Positions 48,546 through 60,054 of a DNA stretch of 64,000 nt are shown here, in pieces. The DNA is taken from the NCBI GenBank assembly GCA_963848295.1, contig CAWKDB010000010.1, forward strand, positions 128,001 through 192,000. Direction: 5' to 3'. Position numbers and translations under genes: made by a program. Each line of letters opens with the position of its first letter. Position 1 is the first letter of the stretch. A model generated the notes under the pieces. It saw only the letters and a list, made by a program, of their open reading frames with translations. It was not told the origin of the DNA and did not search any database. This stretch comes from an uncultured delta proteobacterium (GTDB taxonomy: Bacteria > Myxococcota_A > Polyangia > Haliangiales > Haliangiaceae).

Positions 48546-49724
48546 AGAGGATCTCATTTCTACTCTTGGCTACTGCGCTAGCGGCGCCTGCCTGTACCGG
48601 CAGCGTCGGAGATGGCTCGGGCTCCAACGGCTCGGACGGGTCCGACGGATCCGGAAGTGCCGATCAGTACCAACAGGTGCTGAACAGCCGCGTCGTCGAT
48701 TACAACGCCGCGCTGCGCATCGCAGCTCTGCGTTTGACCGGTGACCTGCCGACGATGGCAGAGATCAACTCGATCGCGAACGCGCCGGATGCGGCGACGC
48801 AAGCGACGACCTACCAGGGCCTCATCCAGCAGTACATGAGCCGCCCGGCGTTCGCCCAGCAGATGTTCTACTGGTGGCGCGACACGATGAAGATGGGCGG
48901 CACCGCCGTCCTCGACACCGCGCCGGCGTTCGCCGCCGAGCTCGCCGTGAACAACGGGTCGTATATGGACCTGTTCACCGCGACGAGCGGTAACTGCCCG
49001 ACGTTCGACGGCGTGTCGACGTTCACCCCGGCGACCTGCACCAACGGCGGCCCGGTCTCCGGCATCTTGACGAACCCCGGCGTGCACATGCAGTACGTCT
49101 CGAACTTCGCGTTCCGCCGAGTTCGCTTCGTCCAAGAGGTGTTCGACTGCTTGAAGTTCCCGGCGGAGGTCACCGCGACCCCGACGGACCTCGGCGCCGG
49201 TATCGCGCCGTACACCAGCCCGTGGGACTTCGGCAGCATCGCCGGCACCAACGCGGCGCTCAACATCAACAACGGCGGCACGATCAACTTCCTCGATACG
49301 TCGGCCGTCATCTGCGCGAACTGCCACACGACGATCAACCACATCGCGCCGCTGTTCGCGTACTACGACGCGAACGGCATGTACCAGACGTCGATTGCAG
49401 TGACGACGCCGGCTGTCGGCTCGCCGCTCGCGAAGATGACTGACTACCTGCCGGCCGGACAAGCGACCGCGTGGCGCTACCAAGTGCCCGCGGCCGGACA
49501 TCCCGGGCCTCGGCGCTGACATGGCGGCTGACCCCGCCGTCGCAGCCTGCGGTGTCGCCCGCGTTTGGAACTGGGCGCTCGGCAAGACCGACATCGTCGA
49601 CGCGCTCGAGACCGTGCCGAACGACACCATCCAAGCCCAGATCGACGCGTTCACCTCGGGCGGCTACAAGATGAAAGACCTCATCTACGCCGTCTACACC
49701 AGTGACGACTTCGTCAAGTTCTAA
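48542..49724 (+). CDS. Monoheme lipoprotein, DUF1549/DUF1592-like; frameshift near 49495
   Basis: AAGGAG RBS; ALRIAALRLTGDLPT, GILT, CANCH; C-terminus ACGVARVWNWALG...DDFVKF in the next frame. Confidence 0.65.
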
Positions 49725-49734
49725 GGAGGCCACC

Positions 49735-50409
49735 ATGACCAAAATTGGATACACCCTGGCGATCCTGGTCGCGTCCGTGGCCCCTGCTTGCACGGACGAT
49801 CTGACCCCACCCAATCTCCCGCCCCGCGGGGTCGACGTCCGGCGGAACCGGAACCACGTTCGACCACGACAACGACGGAATCTCTCCGTGGGACCTACTC
49901 CAACGCATCGAAGTGGAAGGCCCGCCGAGCTTCACCTCGCACATGCATAGCTGCCCCAAAGTTAGGGTCGCTACGCTCGGCAACATGCTCACCTCGCTCG
50001 GTATGAACCGCGCGAACACGACGTCGCTGTCGGCCGGTGAGCTCTACAACGACGGTCAAATCGCGCTCGGCGATCGCGAACTTCCCGAACCGCATTCGAG
50101 AGAACCTCGACATCACGACGTCGGGCGCCTCGAAGGAGTTCGACATCTTCGCGGCCGGCGCACCCGAGACGATGGCGTCTATCACGGCGGCCACCGGCGC
50201 TATCGCGGCTCGCTGCCCCGGTGTTCGAGCTGTTTGACGCCAGCGGCAACTGCACGCCGAGCGGCGTCACGCTGCATCATCGGTGTGCCGGCGATCAGCG
50301 ACCGAGCTGGACCTTTGCAACCTGACGGTTCAACGCGCGTCGACCCCGGCTACTCGGACAACAGCTAGCCGTCGCAGCCATGCTGGCTGCGGCTTACACC
50401 TGCGAGTAG
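49735..50409 (+). CDS. Hypothetical Cys-containing lipoprotein, several frameshifts
   Basis: AAGGAGG RBS; MTKIGYTLAIL..PAC; fragments EGPPSFTSHMHSC, NRIRENLDITTSGASK, AAAYTCE-stop. Confidence 0.6.
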
Positions 50410-50421
50410 GAGACACCCACC

Positions 50422-51822
50422 ATGGCTAAATCACCTTTTGCTAAGCGCGAAGAGCGCACGGAGCTCACCCGCCGTGCCCTCATCAAGTGGAGCGTGGCTG
50501 CAGGTGCAGCGCTGGGCGTCTCGCGCTCGAAGATCTTCGATATCCTCGAGAAGACGGCCGGGAAAAGCGTAGCCGAAGCGGCTTCGGCTGCCCTCACCCA
50601 CCGCTACGTCGGCATCGCTGCCGGCAACGGCGGTCTCGCATGGTTCACCTCGTTCTGGCCGCAGAACGCTGTGGCCGCGGCGAACAACGCGAACTACGCG
50701 GTCATTAGCCGGGCTCGTCGCTGCTCGCCGGGACGGCCAAGCCGCTGACGGTCACCGCGAACACGCCGTGGATGAGCATCCCGGCGGCGAATCAGGTGAG
50801 CGTGTTCCAAGCCGGCAACAACGAGACGCACACCCAGCAGATGGTCTCGCCGGTGAGCCTCAACGGCTCGAACATCTGGTCGGTCGTCAGTGCGTTGCAG
50901 GCTCGGCGCGTCGGCGGTCATCCCGCTGATTACCATCGGCAACGTCGACGTCGGCACCGCGGCAGGCGCGGCCCGTCCGTCGAACGTGAACAACGGCGAC
51001 GGCATCGTCGGGTCTGTTCAACAGCGCGGCCTCGCGCGCTGGCGGCTTGCTGTCGAACCCCGCGGATGCGGCACTGTACAAAGCGCACTACGATGCGTTC
51101 ACGCAGCTCAACCGCGCGGCGAACCGGTCGACGACGAAGATCAGCTACACGCGGCCTCGGGCGCGGCTGGCTTCCTCGGTACGAACCTGTCGGCGGCCCT
51201 GTCGATCACCGCCGCTGACCTCACGCGGTACGGCATCAACGGCAACACGCGGACGAACGTGTCGGATATCGGCCGCGCGCTGATCGTGACGGTCAAGGCG
51301 TTCAAGATGGGCTTGACCAACGCGGTCATCCTCCCGGCGATGGACGACGACCCGCACGGCGCGTTCGACGGCGGCGACATCAACATCGTCCCTGGCCAGC
51401 TGAAGGGCGTGTTCGACGGCTTCATGAACGACCTCGCGGCTACGGTCGACGACTCGTCGCAACTCGCGCTGTCGGCGGACACCGTGATCTCGATCCACGG
51501 CGATACGAACAAGGACCCGATGACGAAGGCGGGCTGGCCCGACGGCACCGCGAACAACAGCAACACCGTGTTCGTGTACAGCGCGGGCGAGCTGAACTCC
51601 GGTTGGTACGGCGGTTACACGATCGCCAACAACAAGGGAACGGCGATGGGCTTCGACAACACCGGCGCCACCACGACGTACAACGGCACGATGGCGGCCA
51701 CGTACGCGACGTCTGCAATCGCGTATGCGGTGGCGAAGCGAGATGATCGCGCGGTCGGTGCATTCGAGAACGGTCTGATCACCGTCTCGGCAGGCATCGG
51801 TAAGCCGCCGACCGGCACCTGA
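50422..51822 (+). CDS. Tat-exported protein (DUF1501/DUF1552-like), several frameshifts
   Basis: AGGAG RBS; LTRRALIK twin-arginine signal; DDDPHGAF, ISIHGDT..P, GWPD. Confidence 0.65.
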
Positions 51823-51843
51823 TCGACGGTCGGATTCTCGACC

Positions 51844-51885
51844 GACGGCGCCAGCTGGACCACCAGCGGCGCCGTTTTGTTTTTT
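51844..51885 (+). terminator. Rho-independent terminator
   Basis: GACGGCGCC-A-GCTGG-ACCA-CCAGC-GGCGCCGTT followed by a T run. Confidence 0.88.
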
Positions 51886-51901
51886 CGGCTACGCTGCGAT
51901 C

Positions 51902-52534
51902 GTGCGCGGTTTGCTGTTCGTCGCCTGCCTGACCGCGTGGGCGTGCGGCCACCACGACGAGCCAAAGCCGAAGCCGTCGGCTTCGGTCGACGACGAGGCT
52001 CGCGAACAGGCTCGGTTCGACGCCGAACGCCACCCGGAGAAGGTGGTCGAGGCACTCGCGCTGCATCCGGGCTCGCGGGTCGCGGACGTCGGCGCTGGCT
52101 CGGGCCTGTTGACCATCCATCTCGCGCGGGCGGTGGCGCCGAACGGCAAGGTGATCGCGACCGACATCGACGGTGCGGTGCTCGACTTGCTCGCCCATCG
52201 GCTCGAGGTCGCCGGGTTATCGAACGTCGTCGAGCGCCGGGTCGTCGCTGCGGACACGCCCGACCTCGAGCCGAACAGCTACGACGCGATCCTGCTCGCC
52301 GAGGTCGACCACTACTTCAAGGATCCCGTGGCGTGGCTCGCATCGGCACAGACCGCGCTCAAGCCAGGTGGGCGAATTGTCATCTCGAACCGGATCTACC
52401 ACCGCGTGCAATCGCTGGACGCCGCGCGCAAGGCAGGGCTCGTGCTACTTTCTGAATCGACGCCGGTCCCGACCCACTTCATCGCGGTGTTCGTTCGCCC
52501 CGACGCCGCGGCCCATCCGGGAGACCACAAATGA
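51902..52534 (+). CDS. Class I SAM-dependent methyltransferase with lipoprotein signal
   Basis: VADVGAGSG, VIATDID, SYDAI, LKPGG; AWAC lipobox. Confidence 0.9.
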   Translation: MRGLLFVACLTAWACGHHDEPKPKPSASVDDEAREQARFDAERHPEKVVEALALHPGSRVADVGAGSGLLTIHLARAVAPNGKVIATDIDGAVLDLLAHRLEVAGLSNVVERRVVAADTPDLEPNSYDAILLAEVDHYFKDPVAWLASAQTALKPGGRIVISNRIYHRVQSLDAARKAGLVLLSESTPVPTHFIAVFVRPDAAAHPGDHK

Positions 52535-53058
52535 CGACCTCGAACGCGCTACTCCTCGTCGGCACCGCCGCGCTGCTCTCGGGTTGCCCGAGCTCCGGCA
52601 ATCCCAAGGTGTTGTGGCTCGCGCCCGACGCCGCCGAGACCAAGGTCAAGCTCGTCGATTCCGACCCTGGCCCTTATTGAGCGCCAGGCGTGGGGTCCGG
52701 CGGATCCCAGGAAGCTCCATTCGACCTCGAGGCTAGCGTTGCCGCTGGCACGTACCACCTCGTGCTCGATAGCGTCATCGTCGCGTCGGTCGACGTGACC
52801 TACGATCTGATCTGGCGGCGCGGCAGCACCGACACGACGCTCGCGGAGTGGACGATGCACTTCGACCCGAAGGGTGGCGATGACTACTCCGCGACCGCGT
52901 ACGAAGTCGATGAGACCGCGCAAGCGATCGATTTCGAGAGCGGCGACCAGCTCGTGTTTCGCTACACCGGCGCGAACACGACGAGCAACGAGGCTTACAT
53001 CCCGAACGGCGATGGCGCGTTGTCGCAGGGCCGCGACCCGAACATCACGCTGCCCTGA
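52531..53058 (+). CDS. Lipoprotein interrupted by in-frame TGA (52678-80): either one 175-aa recoded protein or 49-aa + 122-aa ORFs
   Basis: MTTSNALLLVGTAALLSGC...DPGPY-TGA-APGVGSGG; the 52690..53058 ORF is in the same frame. Confidence 0.6.
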
Positions 53059-53064
53059 GCTCGA

Positions 53065-54333
53065 TCACGACTCGACGTAGTCGAGGTCGACTGCGAACGT
53101 CTCGCGCATCTTCGCGAGGCCCGCGAACCCGATGCCGAACGCGAGCACGCCGACCCCGATCGCGGCACCGACGGCGGTGAGCCCGGCGTGCTTCTGCAAC
53201 AGCTCGTAGCCGGTCGTGAGGATCACGCAGCGAGCCGCGCACGAAGTTCGGCGTGGTCGTCGCGACGGTCGCCCGCAAGTTCGTGCCGAACTGTTCCGCC
53301 GCGGCGGTGACGAACACCGCCCAATAGCCGGTAGACAGGCCGATCGCAGCGCAGATCGCGTAGAACGCGACGAATGACGTGCCGCCGATCGTGAAGTAAA
53401 GGATCGTCGTGAGCGCGGTCGCCGCCATGAAGATCGCGATCGCTCGTCGTCGCGACCGAAGCTTTTGGCTGACCAGGCCGGCGATGAACCCACCGATCGC
53501 GCCGGAGGCGTAGCAGTAGAACAGCCCGGTCGCCGGGCTCGGCTCCGCCGGCAAGCCCAGGCCCTTGGGCCCACCGATCTCCTTGCCGAGCATGATGAGG
53601 ATGCCGATGCCGTACCAGATCGGCACGCCGACGGCGATCCCCGCGACGTAGCGCAGCAAGCGCTCGCGATCCGAGAACAGCTTGAAGAAGTTGCCGCGGG
53701 AGACCGTCTTGTCCGCGACCGCGGTGCGGAACATCCCCGACTCGGCGACGCCGAGCCGGAGCGCGAGCAACCCGATGCCCATGCCGCCGCCGATGTAGTA
53801 CGCGGTGCGCCAGTTCGTCGCCGGGATGCCGGGAATCGCGCCGCCGATGATGCCGGCGACCACCCCGCCGAGGATGCCGGTCGCGGCGACGATCGTCGTG
53901 CCGAGGCCGCGCCGCTCTTTGTCCATCAGCTCGCTGACCAGCGTGATGCCGGCGCCGAGCTCGCCGGCCAGGCCGATGCCCGCGATCACGCGGCAGATCG
54001 CGTAGCCGGTCAGCGTGTCGACCGTGCCGTTGACGAGGTTCGCGCCCGAATACAGGATGATCGATCCGAACAGCACGGACAGCCGGCCGCGGCGGTCGCC
54101 GATGATGCCCCACAGGATGCCACCGACGAGCATCCCGCCCATCTGCATCTGGAGCAGCAAGATGCCCTTGTCTTGGACGCTCGCGCCGGGCTCAGCCCGA
54201 GCGCGTGCAGGCTCGGGCCGCGGACCGCGCCGAACAGGATCAGGTCATAGATGTCGACGAAGTAGCCGAGCGCCGCCACCACCACGGCGAGCGACACGGC
54301 GCGGCGGGTGGGTCCAGACACTTCGCGCATCAT
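53065..54333 (-). CDS. MFS transporter, frameshifts near 54170-54200 and 53225
   Basis: LGYFVDIYDL, GDRRGR, GIGLAGELG, AEQFGTNLRAT. Confidence 0.9.
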
Positions 54334-54351
54334 ACGCGTTATAGATCAGGC

Positions 54352-56256
54352 ATGAGACAACTCGCGCTCGGCGCTGGCGATCGCGCTCGCTCTCACCGCA
54401 ACCGCATCGGCGGGCGAGCAACACACGTGGGTCAAGGCGATCCCCGATGCGGCGACGTGGAAGGCGTACTCGAAGACGGTCGGCTCCGACGAGCTCGGCA
54501 AGTGCATCATCGACGTCAAGACGAACGACATCTACTACTTCGACGTCAATCTCTTCAACATCCACGCCGACTTCGTGTTCAGGGTGTTGTTGAAGCAGGC
54601 GTGGACCGGCGACAACGTCCGCGAGTTCAACCTCAACTACGAGCGCCAGAAGCCGAAGTTCATCCTGTGCTACCTGACCCATCACCTCAAGGTCGACAAG
54701 TGGACGTTCTCGTATCTGGGAGGGCGACAAGATCGCGGTCGACGACGTGATGCGGACACGGCAGAAGCTCGCGACGACGTTCTTCATCCGGGACTTGCTG
54801 TTCCGACCCGACTCGCCGATGCAGGCGAAGGTCGCCGGCGAGGTCGCGACGCCGCGGCCAGAAGACGATCACGAACGACGAGATCTACAAGGCGGCCGAG
54901 TTCCAGGCGTTCACGAAGGGCCATGCGGTCGGGCGGCTCCGGGTCGTTCCGATCGGCACGCCGTACGAATCGCTCAACTACGATCGCCACGACATCGTGC
55001 TCTTGCAAGAAAGCTATCCGGACATCACGCCGGTCGCCGGGATCCTCGCGACGCAGTTCTCGACGCCGCTGTCGCACGTCAACTTGCGCGCCGGCGCGTG
55101 GGGTATCCCGAACGCGGGCGACAAGAAAGCTCGCGCGAAGTACGGCGCGCTCGACGGCAAGTACGTGTACTACGAGGTCACCGACACCGGCATCACGCTG
55201 CGCGAGGCGACCGCCGCCGAAGTTCAGAAGATGAAGGACGACATCGAGGTCGCCAGGCACGTCGAGCTGCCGAAGGCCGACCTCGTCAACGCGCCGGTTC
55301 GCGATGCTCGATCGGATGCGCGCGAAGGACGTCATCATCTACGGCACGAAGGCCGCGAACCTCGGCGAGATCGTCAGCGCGAACCTGCCGGGCGTCCGCG
55401 TGCCCGATGGGTTTGGCGTGCCGTACTTCTATTATCGAGCAGCACATCCTGCGCAATCACCTCGACGTCAAGATCAACGCGATGCTCGACGATCCGCGAT
55501 TCAAGACCGACGCGGCGTTGGCGCAAGACATCGCTCGAGACGTTGCGCGAAGCGATCATGAAGGCGCCGATCGATCCGGACACGCTCGATGCGATCTACA
55601 AGCGGATCCGGGTCAAGCTCGGCGGCAAGGGCGTGTTCGTGCGCAGCTCGTCGAACTCCGAGGATCTGCCCGGGTTCAACGGCGCCGGCCTCTACGACAC
55701 GCAGCGGCAACGTCGTCGGCAAAAGCCCAGCTCGCGGACGCGTTGCGCTACGTGTGGGCGTCGATCTGGAACCTGCGCGCGGTCGACGAACGCGCGGCGT
55801 TCGGCATCGACCACCGCCAGGTCTACATGGGCGTGCTCGTGCAGATCGGCGTCAACGCGACCGCCGCGGGCGTGCTCGTCACCCAAGAATCTATGGGATC
55901 CGACCGACGAGAACGGCTTCACGATCAACGCGAAGTGGGGCCTGGGAGAGCGCGTCGTGCAGGGCCAGATCAACCCGGAACAAGTCATCTTCGATCCGAC
56001 GAACGACGGCACGAAGATCATCACGCGGTCCGATGACACGGTGATGCTGAAGTTCGATCCGCAGGGCGGCACGAAAGAACAGCCGGTTCCGCCTGGCGCG
56101 AGCGTGATCCTGACCGAGGAACGTGCGAAGAAGCTGTGCACGATGGTGAAGCAGTTCATTCCGGTGTTCACGGACGGCCACGCGCTCGATGTCGAGTGGG
56201 TGCTCGAAGGCGAAGACTTCTGGATCGTCCAAGCTCGCCCGTACGTGGGGTCGTGA
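54352..56256 (+). CDS. PEP/pyruvate-binding (PPDK/PPS N-terminal ATP-grasp) domain protein with signal peptide, several frameshifts
   Basis: YGTKAANLGE, VPDGF, VRSSSNSEDLPGFNGAGLY, VWASIW, DVEW..IVQARP; N-terminal ALALTATASA. Confidence 0.85.
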
Positions 56257-56727
56257 TGAGACGCATCGCCGTGTTCGCGCTCCTCGCCGCCTGCGATCTG
56301 CAACCCGCGCCCAAGCCGGCCCCGCCGGTCGCCAAGCCGGTCGAGGTCGCTCCGCCTCCCGCGCCGACGCCGGCGCCACCCGCCGTGCCGACCCCGCCGC
56401 CGGCACCTGCTCCGCCGCCGGCCGTCGAACCCGCGATCGCCGCCGAGGCGCGCGCCCACGACGCGAGCTGCCTCGAGGCCGCCGCCCATACGGTCGACCT
56501 GCGCGACGCGGCCGCGACCGACCAAGCGCAGGCCAAGCGCGACCGAGCCCGGCGACATCAAGCGGATGGATCAATCGTGCATCAGCGAAGCGTGGAACCC
56601 CAAGACCGTCGAGTGCTACCTCGCAGCGAAGTCGGCCAGGGGCCTCAGGCACTGCGACAAGGCCCAGCAGAGAACGACGAATCCCGACGGCGCCGAAGCG
56701 GATCTAACGACCGCTACATTCGACTGA
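56256..56727 (+). CDS. Pro-rich lipoprotein with small Cys-helical domain, frameshifted; end approximate
   Basis: MRRIAVFALLAAC, Pro-rich linker, SCISEAW..VECY...HC in shifted frame. Confidence 0.6.
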
Positions 56728-59700
56728 CCAGCGGCGAGCGATACGACGCGTCGGCCGCGCGACGGGCGCGTTCACCCAGGACCCGGCACACTGCCGAGGC
56801 GAGGCCGGGGACGTCATCCACGAGCTCCTCGAAATCGCCGCGCGGTAGCCGGATCAGCCGAGTCGCCCGCGTGACGACCAAGATCGCCGGCCGCCGCGAT
56901 CGGCGCGACGCAGGCGAGCTCGTCGACGACCTCGCCCGCCGCGATGATGCGATCGGCGATGCGCAGCTCGCCATCGTCGACGACGATCAGCGTGTCGATC
57001 GGATCGCCGGCGCTGATGATGACGTCGCCGACCTTGGCATGTCGACCAACGAGCGCGCTCGGCGACATCCGCGAGCTGCCGGGTGGTCAGCGCGGCGAGC
57101 ATCGGCACGCGTCCCAGCGCGATCAGGGTCTCGACTCGGCTCGGCATATCCATCGCTCCTTCGTCATCGGTGTCTTCGTCGGTCAGCGCTTCGGTCATCC
57201 GGCGAACCAGGTCGTGCGGGCTCGCGGCGGACGCCTCGGCTTCGGCCGCCTTCGCGATCGCATCGCGATGCGCCCCTCGCCCGGCGGCCCCGAGCGCGTG
57301 CAAGACGAGCGCGCGGCCGAGCCGGTCGCGACCGCCGAGCTCGGCTTTGATCGCGGCATCGCGGCTCGGCGGCACGCCGCCGGCGCGCCGCACCGCAGCG
57401 GCGCGATCTGCGGGCGACAGATCATCGACCGCGTCGACGAGCCGGCCGACCAGCATGCGCGGCAACGCGGCCTCGACGACCGCGAGCGTGCGGGCGCGCT
57501 CGAGCCCGCCGCGAGCGCGGCGCCACTCGGCCGCGGCGCGGGCGATCGCGGGCGATCGGCGGCGCGCGGCGACGAGCAGCAACACGGTATGGGCGACCTC
57601 GCGCAGGCGCTCGTCGAGGCGCTTGACGACGAGCGCATCGTTGATCGCATCCGGCGGGATCCGCGAACGCCGCGATCGCGGCGGCGGTCTGATCGAGGGC
57701 GTCGAGCTCGGCGTCGATCAGGCGATCGACGGTGACCGGCGTCACCGGCAGATCGGCGAGCAACGCGGCCGCGCGATCGCGAGCGAGCCGGCGGCCCCAC
57801 GCGGCGGCGGTGATCAGCTCGCCGGCCGCGGCGGTTCCGAGTCGCGCCATCGCGGCTTCGGCGGCGCCGCGCACATCGTCGTCGCGCTCGCCGAGGCCGG
57901 CGGCGAGCCGGCGCAGGTCGTCGCCGTCGATCGCGTCGGCGCCGTCGAGCAGCGCGCCGACCAGCCGGATCGCGCCGGCGACCTCGGCCGGATCGCGCGC
58001 GACGTCGCTCGCCGCACGTGCGGTGGATCGCTGTCTCGCGCGCGAGCTCGAGCAAGTCGGCGCGCACGAGCGACAGCTCGCCGCTGCGGTGATCGCGAGT
58101 CGCCTCGACGACGCGCGCCAGAGCCGCGTACGCGGTGGTGCGGCCAGCCCGATCGCCGCGACCGCGCCGCAGCGCGCGCACGAGATGACGCGCGGGCTCG
58201 AGCACCGGTTCGGTCTTCGCCGTCGCGAGGTCCCGAGCGACCTCGACCACGAGCTCGTCGACCGCGACGCGCGACACCTCGACCGGCCTCGCGCACCGCG
58301 TCGCCGAGGATCGCGATCACGCCCTCGCGATCGGCCGCGATGCGAGCGCGCGCGACCTCGATCGCGAGCTGTAGCCCCGGCGGCGCATCATCGGTCGCCC
58401 ACGTCGCGAACGCATCGGGTACCGCGCCGGCGCGACGACCCGCCGCGGACAGGCCGACCGCGCGCACCGCGAGCTCGACCGTCCGAGGGCGCGCGCGCCG
58501 GGCCGCCGCCGCGATCGCCGCAGCGTGGGCCTCCGCCGGCGCCGCGAGCACCGTGACGAGCGCGCGCCACACCGCCGGCCGATCCATGCTCGGTTGCCGA
58601 CGCGACGAGCGGCGCGATCGCGTCGACGCGACCGCGCTCGTGCAGGCGAGCGAGCACCTCGGCTGCGCGGTCGGCGATGCGGGGCTCGCCGAGATCGCGA
58701 ACGAGCACCGCGATCGCGCGATCGTCGACGACGGCGTCGGCATCACTCGCGCCCTGCGCCGACGACCTGCTCGACCGCGAGCGCGGGCAACTCGCGCGCG
58801 ATCCGCCGCGCCGCGACGAGCCAGATCGCCGCCGCCGCGGCGGTGACCACGTAGAACGCGTGCGGCACACCGGCGAGCACCGCCGCGATCAGGCCGCCAG
58901 CGATCGCGCCGAGTCGCTTCGCGGTCCCGTCGAGAAAACCGCCGATCCGGCCGCGCACCGCGGTCGGCAACAGCGTCTGCGCGAGCTTCTCGGCCGGCGT
59001 CTCGACGCCGGAATCGAGCACGCGCGCCGAGATCTGCGTCGCGATCGCGATCGCGAGGATCGGCGCGACGACGAGCCCGACGCCGGCGCACAACGCGATC
59101 GCCGGGGCGACGAGCAGCGCGGTCCCCGTGCCCGCTCGCGCGAGCAACCGCGGTGCGATCGCGAGCTGGACGATCACGGTCAAGATCTGGCCGCGCGCCG
59201 CGCACACTACCGAGCAGCTCGGCGAGCCCCGTCGCGTCGCTGCCGCGCGCCGTGACCGCGACGCCGAGCGCGAAGTACGCGAGCGAGCCGAACACGCCGG
59301 CCGCGGCGACCACGACCGCGAGGTGGCGCGCGAGGGGATGGCGCCGGACCGCCCGTGCACCGTCGCGCCACGACCGGCCGATCAAGCGAACCAGCGCGCC
59401 GGCCCCCGCGCCGCGGGTCGGCGTCGGCGCAGCGACCCGTCGCGTCGCTGCGAGCCGCGCCGTGGCGAGGCCCGCGAGCGCGAGCAGCACGGCCGCCGCG
59501 ACGAGCACGCCGCGCGCGCCCGCCGCGTGCGCGATCGGCACGACCAGCAGCGCGCCGACCGTCGCGCCGATGCCGCCGAGCGCCGCGAGCAGCGGCAGCA
59601 GGCGCTGGCTGCGCCGCGCGTCGATCCGCTCCGCGATCGTGACCCAGAACGCGAGGTCGGTCGCCGCCGCGAGCTGCTTGCCGCCGATCAAGGCGCCGAT

Positions 59701-60054
59701 CGCCGCCGCGCGCGGCGCGAACCCGGCGACGATCGCGAGCCCGGCGATCGCGACCGCCGAGCCCACCGCGAGCGCGCCGAGCACCCGGCGGCGCTCGAGC
59801 CGATCGGACAACCCACCGACGACCGCGAGCACGACCGCGAGCAACGCGCTCGATGCCGCGACCGCGTGGCCGAGCCATTTCGGCCCGACCTCGGACAAGA
59901 ACAGCGCATCGGCGGCGGCTCCGGTCATCGCCGCTCCCGCACTGGCGAGGGCGAACACCGCCCCGGCCGCCGCGACCAGCGCGCGCTCCACAGGGCGCAC
60001 CACCGCGCCACCGGCGACCCGTCCGGCGGTCGCGCTCGCGGCGCTGATCCCCAT
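56714..60054 (-). CDS. Npt/TLC-like (MFS) transporter domain + HEAT repeats + cyclic-nucleotide-binding domain, many frameshifts
   Basis: ADALFLS, FW..IAERID...QRLLP, ISARVLD; RVETLIALGRVPML, GDVIISAGD, GEVVDEL cNMP-like fragments. Confidence 0.7.

Noticed and set aside
45560..59300. Programmed ribosomal frameshifting or phase variation
   Set aside because: No slippery heptamers or long homopolymers at the shifts; too many unrelated genes affected
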